Shown one piece after another: positions 9,187 through 19,749 of a DNA stretch of 44,526 bases. The position numbers were made by a program, and so were the translations under genes. The stretch comes from Gammaproteobacteria bacterium (lineage in GTDB: Bacteria > Pseudomonadota > Gammaproteobacteria > GCA-001735895). Location: the NCBI GenBank assembly GCA_052030825.1, contig JBPEYE010000295.1:1-44526 (forward strand). Reading direction: 5' to 3'. The notes beneath the pieces are model-generated. The model was not told the origin of the DNA. It saw only the letters and a program-made list of their open reading frames with translations, and made no database searches. Position 1 is the first letter of the stretch, and every line of letters starts with the position of its first letter.

Positions 9187-9353
9187 CGTCTCCCCCGTTT
9201 TCCAGGCTTCTCCGATCGGGTAGTTTAACGCCAAATGAAGCCCGAACAACATCCGCGGATTCGTCGTCCCCGTCGGGTTCGGCAGAACGTCGCCGGCGAG
9301 TCGTGCCGTCGAGATACAAGCTCGCCGAGCTCGCCGAATTCCAGCTCGTGCGA

Positions 9354-10253
9354 TCAGGCGTCGAAGGTTTCCGGTTGCGCTGCGCGGATCGCGGGGATCG
9401 CGCGCGGATCCCAGGCCGCGACGGCCCAGTCGAGGATTTCACGTGGCGGCGCGCCATCGAGTTCGACCGGCGGCTGCTGGCCGAGGTGGCGCAATGCCGC
9501 GGCGAGCAGGCTCGACGCGTGCTCGATGCGCAGGGCTTCGGCACCGGTCTGCTTGCTGAGTTTCTGGCCGTCGGCGGTATTGGCCAGCGGCAGGTGCAGG
9601 TAAGCCGGCGCGTCGAAACCCAGGCGGCGCTGGAGGTACAGGTGCAGGCAGGTGTTTTCGAGCAGGTCGGCACCGCGCACGACCTCGTCGATGGCTTGCA
9701 GCGCATCGTCGACGACCACCGCGAGGTGGTAGGCGTAAATCCCGTCGGCGCGGCGCAAGACGAAATCGCCGACGCTGGCGGTCAGGTCGAGCGCGAACTC
9801 GCCGTAGGTGCCATCGACGAAGCCGATGCGGCCGGCGGTGGCGACGTCGAGACGAATCGCACCGGCCTCGAGCGGCAGCGCGCGGCGGCGGCAATTACCG
9901 GGATAAATCTGCCCGAGCGGGCCGCTGGCGACGCCCTGTTCGCGCAGTTGCCGGCGACTGCAGGCGCAGGCAAAGACGGCGCCGTCGGCAACCAGCCGAT
10001 CGAGGTGTTCGCGGTAAAGCTCGAAGCGCTGGCTCTGGTAAACCACCGGACCGTCCCAGTCGAAGCCGAAAGCCTCGAGGTCATGCAGGATCGCGTCGGC
10101 CGCGCCGGCCACGACCCGCGGCGTATCGACATCCTCGATCCGCAGCAGCCATTCGCCCCGGTGACTACGCGCCTGGCAGTAGGAGCCGAGCGCGGCGACC
10201 AGCGACCCGAAGTGCAGCGGTCCCGACGGCGTGGGCGCGAATCGACCGACCAA
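9354..10253 (-). CDS. gluQ: Glutamyl-queuosine tRNA(Asp) synthetase
   Basis: GRFAPTPSGPLHFGS, CACSR...YPGNC zinc site, KLSKQ; about 300 aa with no anticodon-binding domain. Confidence 0.93.
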   Translation of the reverse strand: MVGRFAPTPSGPLHFGSLVAALGSYCQARSHRGEWLLRIEDVDTPRVVAGAADAILHDLEAFGFDWDGPVVYQSQRFELYREHLDRLVADGAVFACACSRRQLREQGVASGPLGQIYPGNCRRRALPLEAGAIRLDVATAGRIGFVDGTYGEFALDLTASVGDFVLRRADGIYAYHLAVVVDDALQAIDEVVRGADLLENTCLHLYLQRRLGFDAPAYLHLPLANTADGQKLSKQTGAEALRIEHASSLLAAALRHLGQQPPVELDGAPPREILDWAVAAWDPRAIPAIRAAQPETFDA

Positions 10254-10256
10254 GGA

Positions 10257-11387
10257 TCAGGCGAGCAGACGCTCGAGCACGCGCTGGTACATTTTCGATA
10301 GCAGATCGAGTTCGGCGACGTCGACGTGTTCGTCGATCTTGTGGATCGAATCGTTGACCGGGCCGAGTTCGACGACCTGCGCGCCGGTCGGCGCGATGAA
10401 GCGACCGTCGGAGGTGCCGCCGGTGGTCGCGAGCTCGGTTTCGATACCGGCCTCGGCGGCAATCGCGGCGCGCACCGCTTCGACCAGCTCGCCCTCGGCG
10501 GTCAGGAACGGCAGCCCTGACGGCGACCACTCGATGTCGTAGTCGAGTTCGTGCTTGTCGAGAATCGCGCGGGTCGTCTGCGCGATGCGCTCGGGGTCGA
10601 TCTCGGTCGAATAGCGCAGGTTGAAGTGGATCTCGGCATGCCCGGGCACGACGTTATGGGCGCCGGTGCCGGCGTTGAGGTTCGATATCTGCAAACTGGT
10701 CGGCGGGAAGTGCGCGTTACCCCGATCCCATTCGTGGCGCACCAGTTCGTGCAGCGCCGGCATCGCGCGATGAATCGGATTGTTGACCTTGTGCGGGTAG
10801 GCGACGTGCCCCTGCACACCGTGGATCACGAGGCGCGCGCCGAGCGAACCGCGGCGGCCGTTTTTGACCGTGTCGCCGACGCGGTGCTGGCTCGACGGCT
10901 CGCCGACCAGCGCCCAGTCGATCTTTTCGCCACGCGCCTCGAGCGCTTCGATGACCTTGACCGTGCCGTTGACGGCGATGCCTTCCTCGTCACTGGTGAT
11001 CAGCAGTGCGATCGAACCGCGATGATCGGGCTGCGCGGCAACGAAGCGCTCGCAGGCGGTGACCATTGCCGCGATGCTCGATTTCATATCGGCGGCGCCG
11101 CGACCATAGAGGATGCCGTCGCGAATCTCCGGCGTGAACGGGTCGCTGGCCCAGCGCTCGAGCGGGCCGGTCGGCACGACGTCGGTATGGCCGGCGAAGG
11201 CGAGCAGCGGCGTGGCATCGCCGCGGCGCGCCCACAGGTTGGTGACATCGTCGAAGATCATCGTTTCGCAGCGAAAGCCGATCGCCTCGAGACGCGCGAT
11301 CAACAGTTCCTGGCAGCCGCCGTCGTCGGGCGTGACCGACGGTCGCGCGATCAGGTCCATCGCCAGATTTACCGTTTCGCTAGGCAT
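10257..11387 (-). CDS. dapE: Succinyl-diaminopimelate desuccinylase
   Basis: [29 protein letters not shown] and GGTSDGRF motifs; dap operon context. Confidence 0.95.
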   Translation of the reverse strand: MPSETVNLAMDLIARPSVTPDDGGCQELLIARLEAIGFRCETMIFDDVTNLWARRGDATPLLAFAGHTDVVPTGPLERWASDPFTPEIRDGILYGRGAADMKSSIAAMVTACERFVAAQPDHRGSIALLITSDEEGIAVNGTVKVIEALEARGEKIDWALVGEPSSQHRVGDTVKNGRRGSLGARLVIHGVQGHVAYPHKVNNPIHRAMPALHELVRHEWDRGNAHFPPTSLQISNLNAGTGAHNVVPGHAEIHFNLRYSTEIDPERIAQTTRAILDKHELDYDIEWSPSGLPFLTAEGELVEAVRAAIAAEAGIETELATTGGTSDGRFIAPTGAQVVELGPVNDSIHKIDEHVDVAELDLLSKMYQRVLERLLA

Positions 11388-11744
11388 GGCGGCGAAACAT
11401 CTCCTCGTATTCGGATTCGTCGAAACCGGCAAGGTGGCGCCCGTCGTGCGCGAGGATCGGGCGCCTGATCAGGGCCGGATGCTCGCGCATCAACGCCAGC
11501 GCCGAATCGCGGTCAATCCGCTCGCGCGCCGCGGCCGGCACCTGTCGCCAGGTCGTGCCGCGCCGATTGAGCAGGGTTTGCCAGCCGAGCGCGGCGTCGA
11601 ATTCCGCGAGCAGGGCGGCATCGAGGCCGTCCCTGCGATAGTCATGGAACGCGTAGTCGACGCCCGCGCGGGTCAGCCAGCGACGAGCTTTCCTGATCGT
11701 ATCGCAGTTGGCGATGCCGTAGAGCCGGGTCGAAGCCATGGCGC

Positions 11745-11748
<4 letters not shown>
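11380..11748 (-). CDS. yffB: ArsC/Spx-family protein (YffB-like)
   Basis: [23 protein letters not shown] and PALIRRP motifs; lies directly upstream of dapE. Confidence 0.88.
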
Positions 11749-12566
<818 letters not shown>

Positions 12567-12576
12567 CTGCGGACTC

Positions 12577-13776
12577 CTACAGGGTTTCCCACAATGCATT
12601 GATTCGCCGCGCCGCGTCGATGCACTCGTCGAGCGGCGCCACCAGCGCCATGCGCACCCGGCCCTCGCCGGGATTGCCGCGGCCGGCGTCGCGCGCGAGG
12701 TAACGACCGGGCAGCACGGCCACGTTTTGCTCCGCGTACAGGCGCCGTGCGAACTCGGTATCGTCGATCGGCGTTTGCGCCCACAGGTAAAACCCGGCGG
12801 CCGGCGTCGGCGGCGCGAGTGTAGCAGAAAGCAGCTCGCCGACCGCGACGAATTTCTCGCGGTAACGGGCGCGGTTGTCGACGACGTGCGCTTCGTCGCG
12901 CCAGGCGGCGACGCTCGCCGATTGCGTTGCCGGCGGCAGCGCACAGCCGTGATAGGTGCGGTAACGCAGAAATGCCTCGATGATCCCGGCGTCGCCGGCG
13001 ACGAATCCGGAGCGCAGCCCGGGCAGGCTGGAGCGCTTCGACAGGCTGTGGAACGCGAGACAGCGGCGCAGCGACCGATGACCGATCGCGGCCGCGACTT
13101 CGAGCAGGCCGGGAGGCGGTGCGCTCTCGTCGAGATAAATTTCGGCGTAGCATTCGTCGCTGGCGATGACGAAGTCGTGACGCTCGGCGAGTTCGATCAG
13201 TCGCGCCAGGTAGTCACGTGGCATGACCGCGCCGGCGGGGTTGCCCGGGGTACAGATATAGAGCAGCTGGCAGCGCTGCCAGCGCCGCGCATCGACCGCA
13301 TCGAGGTCGGGCAGAAATCCGGTCTCCACGGTACAGTCCAGGTAGCCCGGTTCGGCGCCGGCCAGCACCGCCGCGCCCTCATAGATCTGGTAGAACGGGT
13401 TGGGCATCAGCACCAGCGCGTCGCCGGCGCCGCGGTCGACTACACACTGCGCGATCGCGAACAGCGCTTCGCGGGTACCGCAAACCGGCAACACGTGCCG
13501 CCCGGGATCGATCACGTCCGTACCGAGATCGAAGCGCCGGCCGAGCCAGTCGGCGATGGCCTCGCGCAGCTCGCTGCGCCCGCGCGTCGTCGGGTAGTTC
13601 GACAGCTGGTGCAGGTGCGCGATAAGCGCCTCGGTGACGAAGTGCGGCGGCGAATGTTGCGGTTCGCCGATCGACAGCAGGATCGGATCGAGCTGCCGCG
13701 GCGGCTCTCGGCCCTGCAGCAGCCGCGCCAGTTTCTCGAACGGGTAGGGGTGTAGCTGGTCTAGATTCGGGTTCAT
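12577..13776 (-). CDS. dapC: N-succinyldiaminopimelate aminotransferase
   Basis: [16 protein letters not shown] start, PGNPAG, SDECY, PLP lysine motif HSLSKRS..PGLRSG; upstream of dapD. Confidence 0.93.
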   Translation of the reverse strand: MNPNLDQLHPYPFEKLARLLQGREPPRQLDPILLSIGEPQHSPPHFVTEALIAHLHQLSNYPTTRGRSELREAIADWLGRRFDLGTDVIDPGRHVLPVCGTREALFAIAQCVVDRGAGDALVLMPNPFYQIYEGAAVLAGAEPGYLDCTVETGFLPDLDAVDARRWQRCQLLYICTPGNPAGAVMPRDYLARLIELAERHDFVIASDECYAEIYLDESAPPPGLLEVAAAIGHRSLRRCLAFHSLSKRSSLPGLRSGFVAGDAGIIEAFLRYRTYHGCALPPATQSASVAAWRDEAHVVDNRARYREKFVAVGELLSATLAPPTPAAGFYLWAQTPIDDTEFARRLYAEQNVAVLPGRYLARDAGRGNPGEGRVRMALVAPLDECIDAARRINALWETL

Positions 13777-13909
13777 CGGCGGCCGGAAACAAACAGGCAC
13801 ACGATACTGAATTCGCCGCGGGCAGTAAATAAACCACGGCGGCGCGCGAGGCGGGCCGAATTGAGACCCGGGTCCCGGAATCAGGCGCGGCAGCGCCTAC
13901 AATGGCTTG

Positions 13910-13975
13910 CGAACAAACCTTCTGTCATGTGATTGTGAGCTGGCCTCCGGCGAATTGCGTCGGGGGCTTTTTTTT
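13910..13975 (+). ncRNA. Candidate small RNA (about 65 nt)
   Basis: TACAAT -10 element at 13898-13903, then a short unannotated segment ending in a + strand intrinsic terminator, while both flanking genes are on the - strand. Boundaries inferred. Confidence 0.45.
13943..13975 (+). terminator. Rho-independent terminator
   Basis: GCCTCCGGCG-AATTG-CGTCGGGGGC followed by T8; 10-bp stem with two G-U pairs that form only on the + strand. Confidence 0.85.
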
Positions 13976-14010
13976 GGGGGGAGGGTATCCCGCAACCGCG
14001 GGCAATGGAT

Positions 14011-14502
14011 TCAGGCGGTGGCGATGTTGCGCCGACCGTCTGCCTGCCGGGCCTTGCCGTCGCTGCCGTAGGTCTTGCAATGGCCGGCGCCACCGAGGCC
14101 GCCGAGCAGGCACAGCGAGCGGCGAACGCGGTCCTTGCCGCGATCGACCAGCAGCTGATTCAACTGGATCGAGTGCTGCAACGCGACCAGTCCCTGTACC
14201 AGTTGTCGATAGAGCTCGGTGACGCTGCCGGAGGCGTCGTCGCACCAGTCGATACAGGTTTCGAAGCCGCCGGCATCGGTACCAAAGCCATGCGCTTCGA
14301 GCAGGCCATGTCGTTCGCGTTCGAGTTGCTCGATCGCATCGACGTCGAACTCGGGCTGCTCGAGGGTACGCTGCAGCGATTCGGGATCGTTTTCGGCGAT
14401 CGCCTGCCGGACACCCTGCAGGTAGGCGTTGGCCGCATCGATCAGCGCGACGTGGCGCGCGAGCAACGCGCTCAGGGCTGCGTGGCAGGTGGCGGCGCTC
14501 AC
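14011..14502 (-). CDS. flgN: Flagellar export chaperone FlgN
   Basis: Helical 163-aa protein overlapping the flgM stop; QLNQLL and C-terminal TYGSDGK resemble FlgN; canonical flgAMN order. Confidence 0.75.
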   Translation of the reverse strand: MSAATCHAALSALLARHVALIDAANAYLQGVRQAIAENDPESLQRTLEQPEFDVDAIEQLERERHGLLEAHGFGTDAGGFETCIDWCDDASGSVTELYRQLVQGLVALQHSIQLNQLLVDRGKDRVRRSLCLLGGLGGAGHCKTYGSDGKARQADGRRNIATA

Positions 14503-14816
14503 GGCAGCAGCTTCTCGATTTCGGCGTACTTGCGCGCGATCACCTCGGCGTCGGGCTCGTATTCGCCACGGCCGAGGGCCTGCTTGACCGATTCGACGCG
14601 CGCCTCGTTGACTTCGGGCAGATTCTTGATCTGTTCGGCGAGTTCTTCGAGCAGGGTCGCATTGCTGAGTTCGACGGTCGCGCCGTCTTCACCGGTCCGG
14701 GTGGCGTCACCATCGCCCGGCGCCGTTTTGCCGGTTTTCGCGGCCGCGCCGCTGCGGGCGTCGCCCGCAACCGGGGTATTGCGCAAGCGATTTTGCGTGT
14801 TGATCGGGTCAGTCAT
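14499..14816 (-). CDS. flgM: Anti-sigma-28 factor FlgM
   Basis: C-terminal PEVNEARVESVKQALGRGEYEPDAEVIA motif; low-complexity N-terminus. Confidence 0.93.
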   Translation of the reverse strand: MTDPINTQNRLRNTPVAGDARSGAAAKTGKTAPGDGDATRTGEDGATVELSNATLLEELAEQIKNLPEVNEARVESVKQALGRGEYEPDAEVIARKYAEIEKLLP

Positions 14817-14846
14817 ACTGCGCTCCCTGAATAATGCTCGTTAAAA

Positions 14847-14873
14847 TAATCGGCCGCCAGCGTAAAAAGTTGA
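14847..14873 (-). promoter_or_regulatory. Sigma-28 (FliA) promoter of flgMN
   Basis: Minus strand reads TCAA-N15-GCCGATTA just upstream of flgM. Confidence 0.8.
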
Positions 14874-14887
14874 GCCGGGTCGGCCAT

Positions 14888-15607
14888 TCACAGGGCCACT
14901 CGCACGACGCCGTCGGCAACGACGACGCCTTCGACGATTCTTTGCGACTGGCGGTTGCGGATCCTGACCACCTGGCCGTGACTGGCCGCGTGCAGCGCTT
15001 CGCCGCTGGAACGGACCGTGAGGCCACCGGTTTCGAGGACCAGCGTCACCGTCTGTCCGGCGCGCACCAGCCGGCGCGGGGTCAGCGATTTGGGCGTCAG
15101 GACGGCGCCGCGCGGTAAATTGCGTCGCGCCTCGAGATTCCGCAGTGCTTCGAGTTTAGCAAAATAGCCGTGATTCAGGCGACTTACGTCGGTTTTTTGC
15201 AACACGACCGCGGCGACGTCAATAATTTGACCCCTGACCAGCGGTCGCGTGGTCATCGCGACGTCATCGAAAACGGCGATCCGCGCCGGCAGGTGCAGCT
15301 TCCAGAAAGGCGCGACCGGGCAGCTGACGCGCAGCGTGGTATTGCCACGATTCTGTTCGGGATGCGTAAAGGCGACCTCGAGTTCGACCGGGCAAGCCTT
15401 GAGGCGCAGCCTCGAATCCAGCCGGCCGAGCTGGACCTGCGGCGGGTAAGGACTGTTGTAATCCTGGGTCATGACGAACGCCTCGGCCTGCATCCGGATC
15501 GACGCAAGGCTCTGCGGCGTGCCCGCCGCCGCGGGTTGGGCGAGGGCCACCGCCAGCACGCCGGCGGCGAGGAGGCCTGCGGATTTGATTCGCAATCGTT
15601 CCAACAT
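14888..15607 (-). CDS. flgA: Flagellar basal body P-ring formation chaperone FlgA
   Basis: Signal peptide, LDSRLRLKAC, SAF domain, C-terminal GEALHAASHGQVVRIRN. Start uncertain (ATG 15607 or TTG 15595). Confidence 0.92.
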   Translation of the reverse strand: MLERLRIKSAGLLAAGVLAVALAQPAAAGTPQSLASIRMQAEAFVMTQDYNSPYPPQVQLGRLDSRLRLKACPVELEVAFTHPEQNRGNTTLRVSCPVAPFWKLHLPARIAVFDDVAMTTRPLVRGQIIDVAAVVLQKTDVSRLNHGYFAKLEALRNLEARRNLPRGAVLTPKSLTPRRLVRAGQTVTLVLETGGLTVRSSGEALHAASHGQVVRIRNRQSQRIVEGVVVADGVVRVAL

Positions 15608-15618
15608 GCGGGTATGCC

Positions 15619-15634
15619 TGCAAATATCAGGCCA
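15619..15634 (-). promoter_or_regulatory. Sigma-54 promoter of flgA
   Basis: Minus strand reads TGGCCTGATATTTGCA (GG-N10-GC). Confidence 0.7.
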
Positions 15635-15654
15635 ATCGACGGCTACCGCCCTGC

Positions 15655-15681
15655 TCAAGTTGCCGCACTCGCCGCCGACAC
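15655..15681 (+). promoter_or_regulatory. Sigma-28 promoter of cheV
   Basis: TCAA-N15-GCCGACAC, 33 bp upstream of the cheV ATG. Confidence 0.7.
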
Positions 15682-15714
15682 CCCCCACGTCGTCCGACAT
15701 TTCGGGAGAATCCC

Positions 15715-16653
15715 ATGTCCGGGGTCATGGCGAGCGTCGACCAGCGCACCCGGCTGGCGGGCCGCAATCGACTCGAACTGCTGATGTTTCGCCTCGGCGG
15801 CGCGCAACGCTACGGCATCAACGTTTTCAAGGTGCGCGAAGTGTTGACGTGCCCGAAACTGTCGGTCATTCCGCAATCGCACGAGTTTGTGCTCGGCATC
15901 GCCAATATTCGAGGGCGAACGATCAGCGTCATCGATCTCGGCCGCGCGATCGGCGTTTCGCGAATCGACGATCTCGATGCCGCGTTTCTAATCATCACCG
16001 AGTACAACCAGTGCGTGCAGGGGTTCCTGGTCCACGACATCGATCGCATCGTCAACCTGAACTGGAAAGATATCCAGGGACCGCCGCGCGGGACGGGTGG
16101 CGGCGCCGGTTACCTGACCGGGGTCACCCACGTCGACGAGCAATTGGTCGAGATTATCGATGTCGAACGCGTGCTCGCCGAAGTGATCGGGACCCGGATG
16201 CACGTATCGGCCGAGCTCAGGGCCGAGCTCGAAGTGCCGCCCGAGGATCGGAAGCTGGTGTTCGTCGTCGACGATTCGGCGGTCGCCCGCAAGCAGATTT
16301 GCCGCGTGCTCGAGACGGATATGGGGTTCGAAACGGTCACCGAAAAAAACGGCAAGCGCGCGCTCGAGTTGCTCGAACGCTGGGCCCACGAGCAGGATCC
16401 GAATCTCGAGCGCCTCGCGCTGGTAATCTCCGACATCGAGATGCCGGAAATGGACGGCTATACCTTCACCACCGAATTGCGCGCCGATCCGCGCCTCGCC
16501 CACCTGGTGGTCATCCTGCACACGTCGATGAGCGGCGTTTTCAACCAGAGCATGGTCGACCAGGTCGGCGCCGACAAGTTCATCGCCAAGTTCGAACCCG
16601 ACGTGCTCGCGCGGGAGATCACCGCAATCGTGGGGCGGCAACTGCACGCCTAG
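15715..16653 (+). CDS. cheV: Chemotaxis protein CheV (CheW + receiver)
   Basis: NRLELLMFRL...YGINVFKVREV CheW domain; VDDS..ARKQ and ISDIEMPEMDG receiver domain. Confidence 0.96.
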   Translation: MSGVMASVDQRTRLAGRNRLELLMFRLGGAQRYGINVFKVREVLTCPKLSVIPQSHEFVLGIANIRGRTISVIDLGRAIGVSRIDDLDAAFLIITEYNQCVQGFLVHDIDRIVNLNWKDIQGPPRGTGGGAGYLTGVTHVDEQLVEIIDVERVLAEVIGTRMHVSAELRAELEVPPEDRKLVFVVDDSAVARKQICRVLETDMGFETVTEKNGKRALELLERWAHEQDPNLERLALVISDIEMPEMDGYTFTTELRADPRLAHLVVILHTSMSGVFNQSMVDQVGADKFIAKFEPDVLAREITAIVGRQLHA

Positions 16654-16722
16654 ACCGGAGCCCGCGCGCCGGCGCCACGCGTTAACGGTAAGCGGCGTCT
16701 CGAACCAGAATCTCGTCGCCGT

Positions 16723-16812
16723 CGGCAAATCCGGATCGGGGCGGCAACTTTGCCGCCGAAGTTGCCGCCAGTGCCGTTCGCCGCCAGCTCGTTGGGAGCT
16801 AAGTTTCTGAAT
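16723..16812 (+). promoter_or_regulatory. Putative enhancer (CGGCAA/TTGCCG repeats) and IHF-like site upstream of flgB
   Basis: CGGCAA at 16723 and 16742, TTGCCG at 16750 and 16762; IHF-like TAAGTTTCTGAAT at 16800-16812 (one mismatch to WATCARN4TTR on the - strand). Confidence 0.5.
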
Positions 16813-16831
16813 TAACGAGCAATTGTATGGG

Positions 16832-16847
16832 TGGCACCGTCGATGCA
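16832..16847 (+). promoter_or_regulatory. Sigma-54 promoter of flgB operon
   Basis: TGGCACCGTCGATGCA (TGGCAC-N5-xTGCA). Confidence 0.8.
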
Positions 16848-16872
16848 TGAGTCTCCGCAACCCTAATTTCGG

Positions 16873-17283
16873 ATGACGACCATGCCGATCAGTTTCGAAC
16901 GAGCCTTCAGCCTGCACGACGACGCGCTGCTGTTGCGTGGCCGCCGCGCGGCGATCCTGGCGTCCAATATCGCCAACGCCGATACGCCGGGTTACCAGGC
17001 GCGTGACATCGATTTCGCGGCGACGCTCGCGGCCGCCAATCGGCAGTCCGGCGGTCCGGTACGGCTCGCCAGCACCCATCGGGAGCACATCGTCGCCCCG
17101 GTGCGGAGCGCGGCGGCGGAGCTGAAATACCGTAATCCGCTGCATCCGTCACTCGACGGCAACAGCGTCGACGCACACGTCGAGCAGGCGCAATTCGCCG
17201 AAAACGCGTTGCTGATGCAAACCAGTTTCACCTTTCTCAACGGCAAAATCTCGGGCCTGATGAAGGCGCTCAAGGGAGAGTAG
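16873..17283 (+). CDS. flgB: Flagellar basal body rod protein FlgB
   Basis: LASNIANADTPGYQARD and SLDGNSVD motifs; start may be 16882. Confidence 0.96.
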   Translation: MTTMPISFERAFSLHDDALLLRGRRAAILASNIANADTPGYQARDIDFAATLAAANRQSGGPVRLASTHREHIVAPVRSAAAELKYRNPLHPSLDGNSVDAHVEQAQFAENALLMQTSFTFLNGKISGLMKALKGE

Positions 17284-17286
17284 ACC

Positions 17287-17697
17287 ATGAGCCTGATGGC
17301 AAACTTCAATATTTCCGGTAACGCGCTCAGCGCGCAAACGCTGCGCCTCAATACGGTCGCGAGCAACCTCGCCAACGTCGAGACCCTGGCCGCCTCCGAA
17401 GCCGGCGCCTATCGCTCGCGACAGGTCGTGTTCCAGGCATTTCTCGACGATGCGGCGCGCCCGGGCGAGGTCGGCGTCAGGACCGTCGGCATCGTCGAGA
17501 GCGGCAAGGCCGTGCAGCGTCGCTACGACCCGGGTCACGCTTTCGCCGACGCCGAGGGCTTCGTTTACGCAAGCAATGTCAACCCGGTCGAGGAAATGGC
17601 CAACATGCTGTCGGCCTCGCGCGCTTACCAGAACAACGTCGAGGTGCTCAATACCTCGCGTGACCTGTTGCTGCGCATCCTGTCGCTCGGCAGCTAA
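17287..17697 (+). CDS. flgC: Flagellar basal body rod protein FlgC
   Basis: RLNTVASNLAN and NVNPVEEMANMLSASRAYQNN motifs. Confidence 0.96.
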   Translation: MSLMANFNISGNALSAQTLRLNTVASNLANVETLAASEAGAYRSRQVVFQAFLDDAARPGEVGVRTVGIVESGKAVQRRYDPGHAFADAEGFVYASNVNPVEEMANMLSASRAYQNNVEVLNTSRDLLLRILSLGS

Positions 17698-17710
17698 CCG
17701 GAGATCGACG

Positions 17711-18388
17711 ATGTCCGAAATCGATACCAAGAACGTCTATGCGCAACTCGGGCTGACCGCCACGCCCGACAGCGAGCAAAAAGCCAACGACGAACTCGGC
17801 CAGGCCGAATTCCTCGAGCTGATGACCGCGCAGTTGCGCTATCAGGATCCGCTCAAGCCGATGGAAAACGGCGACTTCCTCGGCCAGATGGCGCAGTTCG
17901 GCACGGTCAGCGGGATCAACGACCTGAACGCGACGATCAATACGATGAGCGCTTCCTTCCAGTCGAACCAGGCGCTGCAGGCGTCGACCCTGGTCGGCCG
18001 TCGCGTGCTGGTGCCGGCGCAGACCGGTTACCTCGGTGATGGCGACGCTTTGATCGGCGCGGTCGATCTCGAGCAACCGGCAAACCGCGTCGTGATTTCA
18101 ATTCAGAACACGGCCGGCCAGCTCGTCTACCGCAGCGAACTGGGCGTTCAGGCTGCCGGCCTGGTCGATTTCAGCTGGGATGGAACCGATACCGGCGGCA
18201 ATCGCTTGCCGGCCGGTGAATATCGCATTGCCGCCGAGGTACACCGCGGCGGCGAAGTCAGTTCCGGCGCCACGCTCGCGGTCGTCGACGTCGAAAGTGT
18301 CACCCTCGGTGTCGGCGGCCAGGACTTAACCCTCAGCGTAACCGGGCTCGGCGACATCGCCATGGGCCAGGTACGCAAGATAATGTAA
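17711..18388 (+). CDS. flgD: Flagellar hook capping protein FlgD
   Basis: FLELMTAQLRYQDPLKPM and FSWDG motifs; GGAGA RBS before ATG 17711. Confidence 0.95.
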   Translation: MSEIDTKNVYAQLGLTATPDSEQKANDELGQAEFLELMTAQLRYQDPLKPMENGDFLGQMAQFGTVSGINDLNATINTMSASFQSNQALQASTLVGRRVLVPAQTGYLGDGDALIGAVDLEQPANRVVISIQNTAGQLVYRSELGVQAAGLVDFSWDGTDTGGNRLPAGEYRIAAEVHRGGEVSSGATLAVVDVESVTLGVGGQDLTLSVTGLGDIAMGQVRKIM

Positions 18389-18406
18389 CGCAGCAGGAGC
18401 AGATCC

Positions 18407-19729
18407 ATGTCATTCAATACGGCACTCAGCGGCTTGCAGGCCGCATCGGTCGACCTCTCGGTCACCAGTAACAACATCGCCAACGTCGGGACCACCGGCT
18501 TCAAGAACTCGCGGACCGAGTTCGGCGATCTGTTTGAAATTTCGCCGTTCGGCAATACGCCGACGTCGGTCGGTAGCGGCGTCAAGCTGACCTCGGTCAG
18601 CCAGCAGTTCGATCAGGGCAATCTGAAGTTCACCGACGCCAGTCTCGACATGGCCATCAGTGGCCAGGGATTCTTCGTCATGAACAGCGCGCTGACGGGC
18701 AGCGATATCAGCTATACCCGCGCGGGCCAGTTCCGCATCGACAGCAACGGCTACCTGACCAACAGTTCGGGGCAGTACGTGCAGGCCTTCCCGGTCGACG
18801 CCAGCGGTAACGTCACGTCGACCGCGCTGAACACGACCGTGCCGATCCAGCTGCCGGCCTCGACCGGGGCGCCGCAGGCCACGACCGAGGTCGAGGTCGG
18901 GCTCAATGTCAACGCGGCGGCGACCGCGCTCGACCCGGCTGCCTTCGATCCGACCGCGAGCAATACCTATAACCACGCGACTTCGACGACGGTCTACGAC
19001 TCGCTCGGCACGTCGCACGTGTTGTCGTATTACTTTGTCCACGATCTGCCGGGCTCGGCCACCAATGCGGCCAATGATCCGAACCAGTGGGTCGTCTTTA
19101 CTTACCTCGACGGGGCCGAAATCGACATCGCCGGCGGCACCACGGTGGCGCATACCAACGGTGGCGCGCCGGTCAGTCAGGATGTGGGTATCCTCAGTTT
19201 CAATGCCGACGGCAGCTACAACACCAGTGCCCCGGTGTTGTTGCAAAACGTGGCTGTGCCGCTGACCAGCGGGGCCGCGCCGCTGACGATTACCCACGAC
19301 CTGGCCAACAACCCGATGACCCAGTACGCGGCATCGTTTTCGGTCAGTGTTCTCGATCCGGACGGCTTCGCCACCGGCCGCCTGACCGGGCTCGATGTCT
19401 CCGAGGAGGGCCTGATGCGCGCGACCTTCAGCAACGGTGTCGCAACGCCGCTCGGCCAGATCGCGATGGCTGATTTTCCCAACGCCCAGGGTTTGCAGGC
19501 CATCGGGCAGTCCTCGTGGAAGGAAACCATCGATTCGGGGCAGGTGATCACGGGTTCCGCCGGTACCGGTCGCTTCGGCCTGATCCAGTCGGGCGCGCTC
19601 GAGACTTCGAACGTCGACCTGACGCAGCAGCTGGTGAACCTGATCACCGCGCAGCGTAACTTCCAGGCCAACGCGCGGTCGATCGAGACCTCGAACGCGA
19701 TAACCGATACGATCATCCAGATTCGATAG
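18407..19729 (+). CDS. flgE: Flagellar hook protein FlgE
   Basis: SNNIANVGTTGFK, YTRAGQF, VYDSLG and GALETSNVDL...QRNFQANA motifs. Confidence 0.96.
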   Translation: MSFNTALSGLQAASVDLSVTSNNIANVGTTGFKNSRTEFGDLFEISPFGNTPTSVGSGVKLTSVSQQFDQGNLKFTDASLDMAISGQGFFVMNSALTGSDISYTRAGQFRIDSNGYLTNSSGQYVQAFPVDASGNVTSTALNTTVPIQLPASTGAPQATTEVEVGLNVNAAATALDPAAFDPTASNTYNHATSTTVYDSLGTSHVLSYYFVHDLPGSATNAANDPNQWVVFTYLDGAEIDIAGGTTVAHTNGGAPVSQDVGILSFNADGSYNTSAPVLLQNVAVPLTSGAAPLTITHDLANNPMTQYAASFSVSVLDPDGFATGRLTGLDVSEEGLMRATFSNGVATPLGQIAMADFPNAQGLQAIGQSSWKETIDSGQVITGSAGTGRFGLIQSGALETSNVDLTQQLVNLITAQRNFQANARSIETSNAITDTIIQIR

Positions 19730-19749
19730 GATCGGCTGGGCCTAGCCTC

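Noticed and set aside
9319-9352. AGCTCGCCG tandem copies between gluQ and the rhodanese gene
   Set aside because: Only two exact 9-mers plus a degenerate third; plausible by chance at this GC content.
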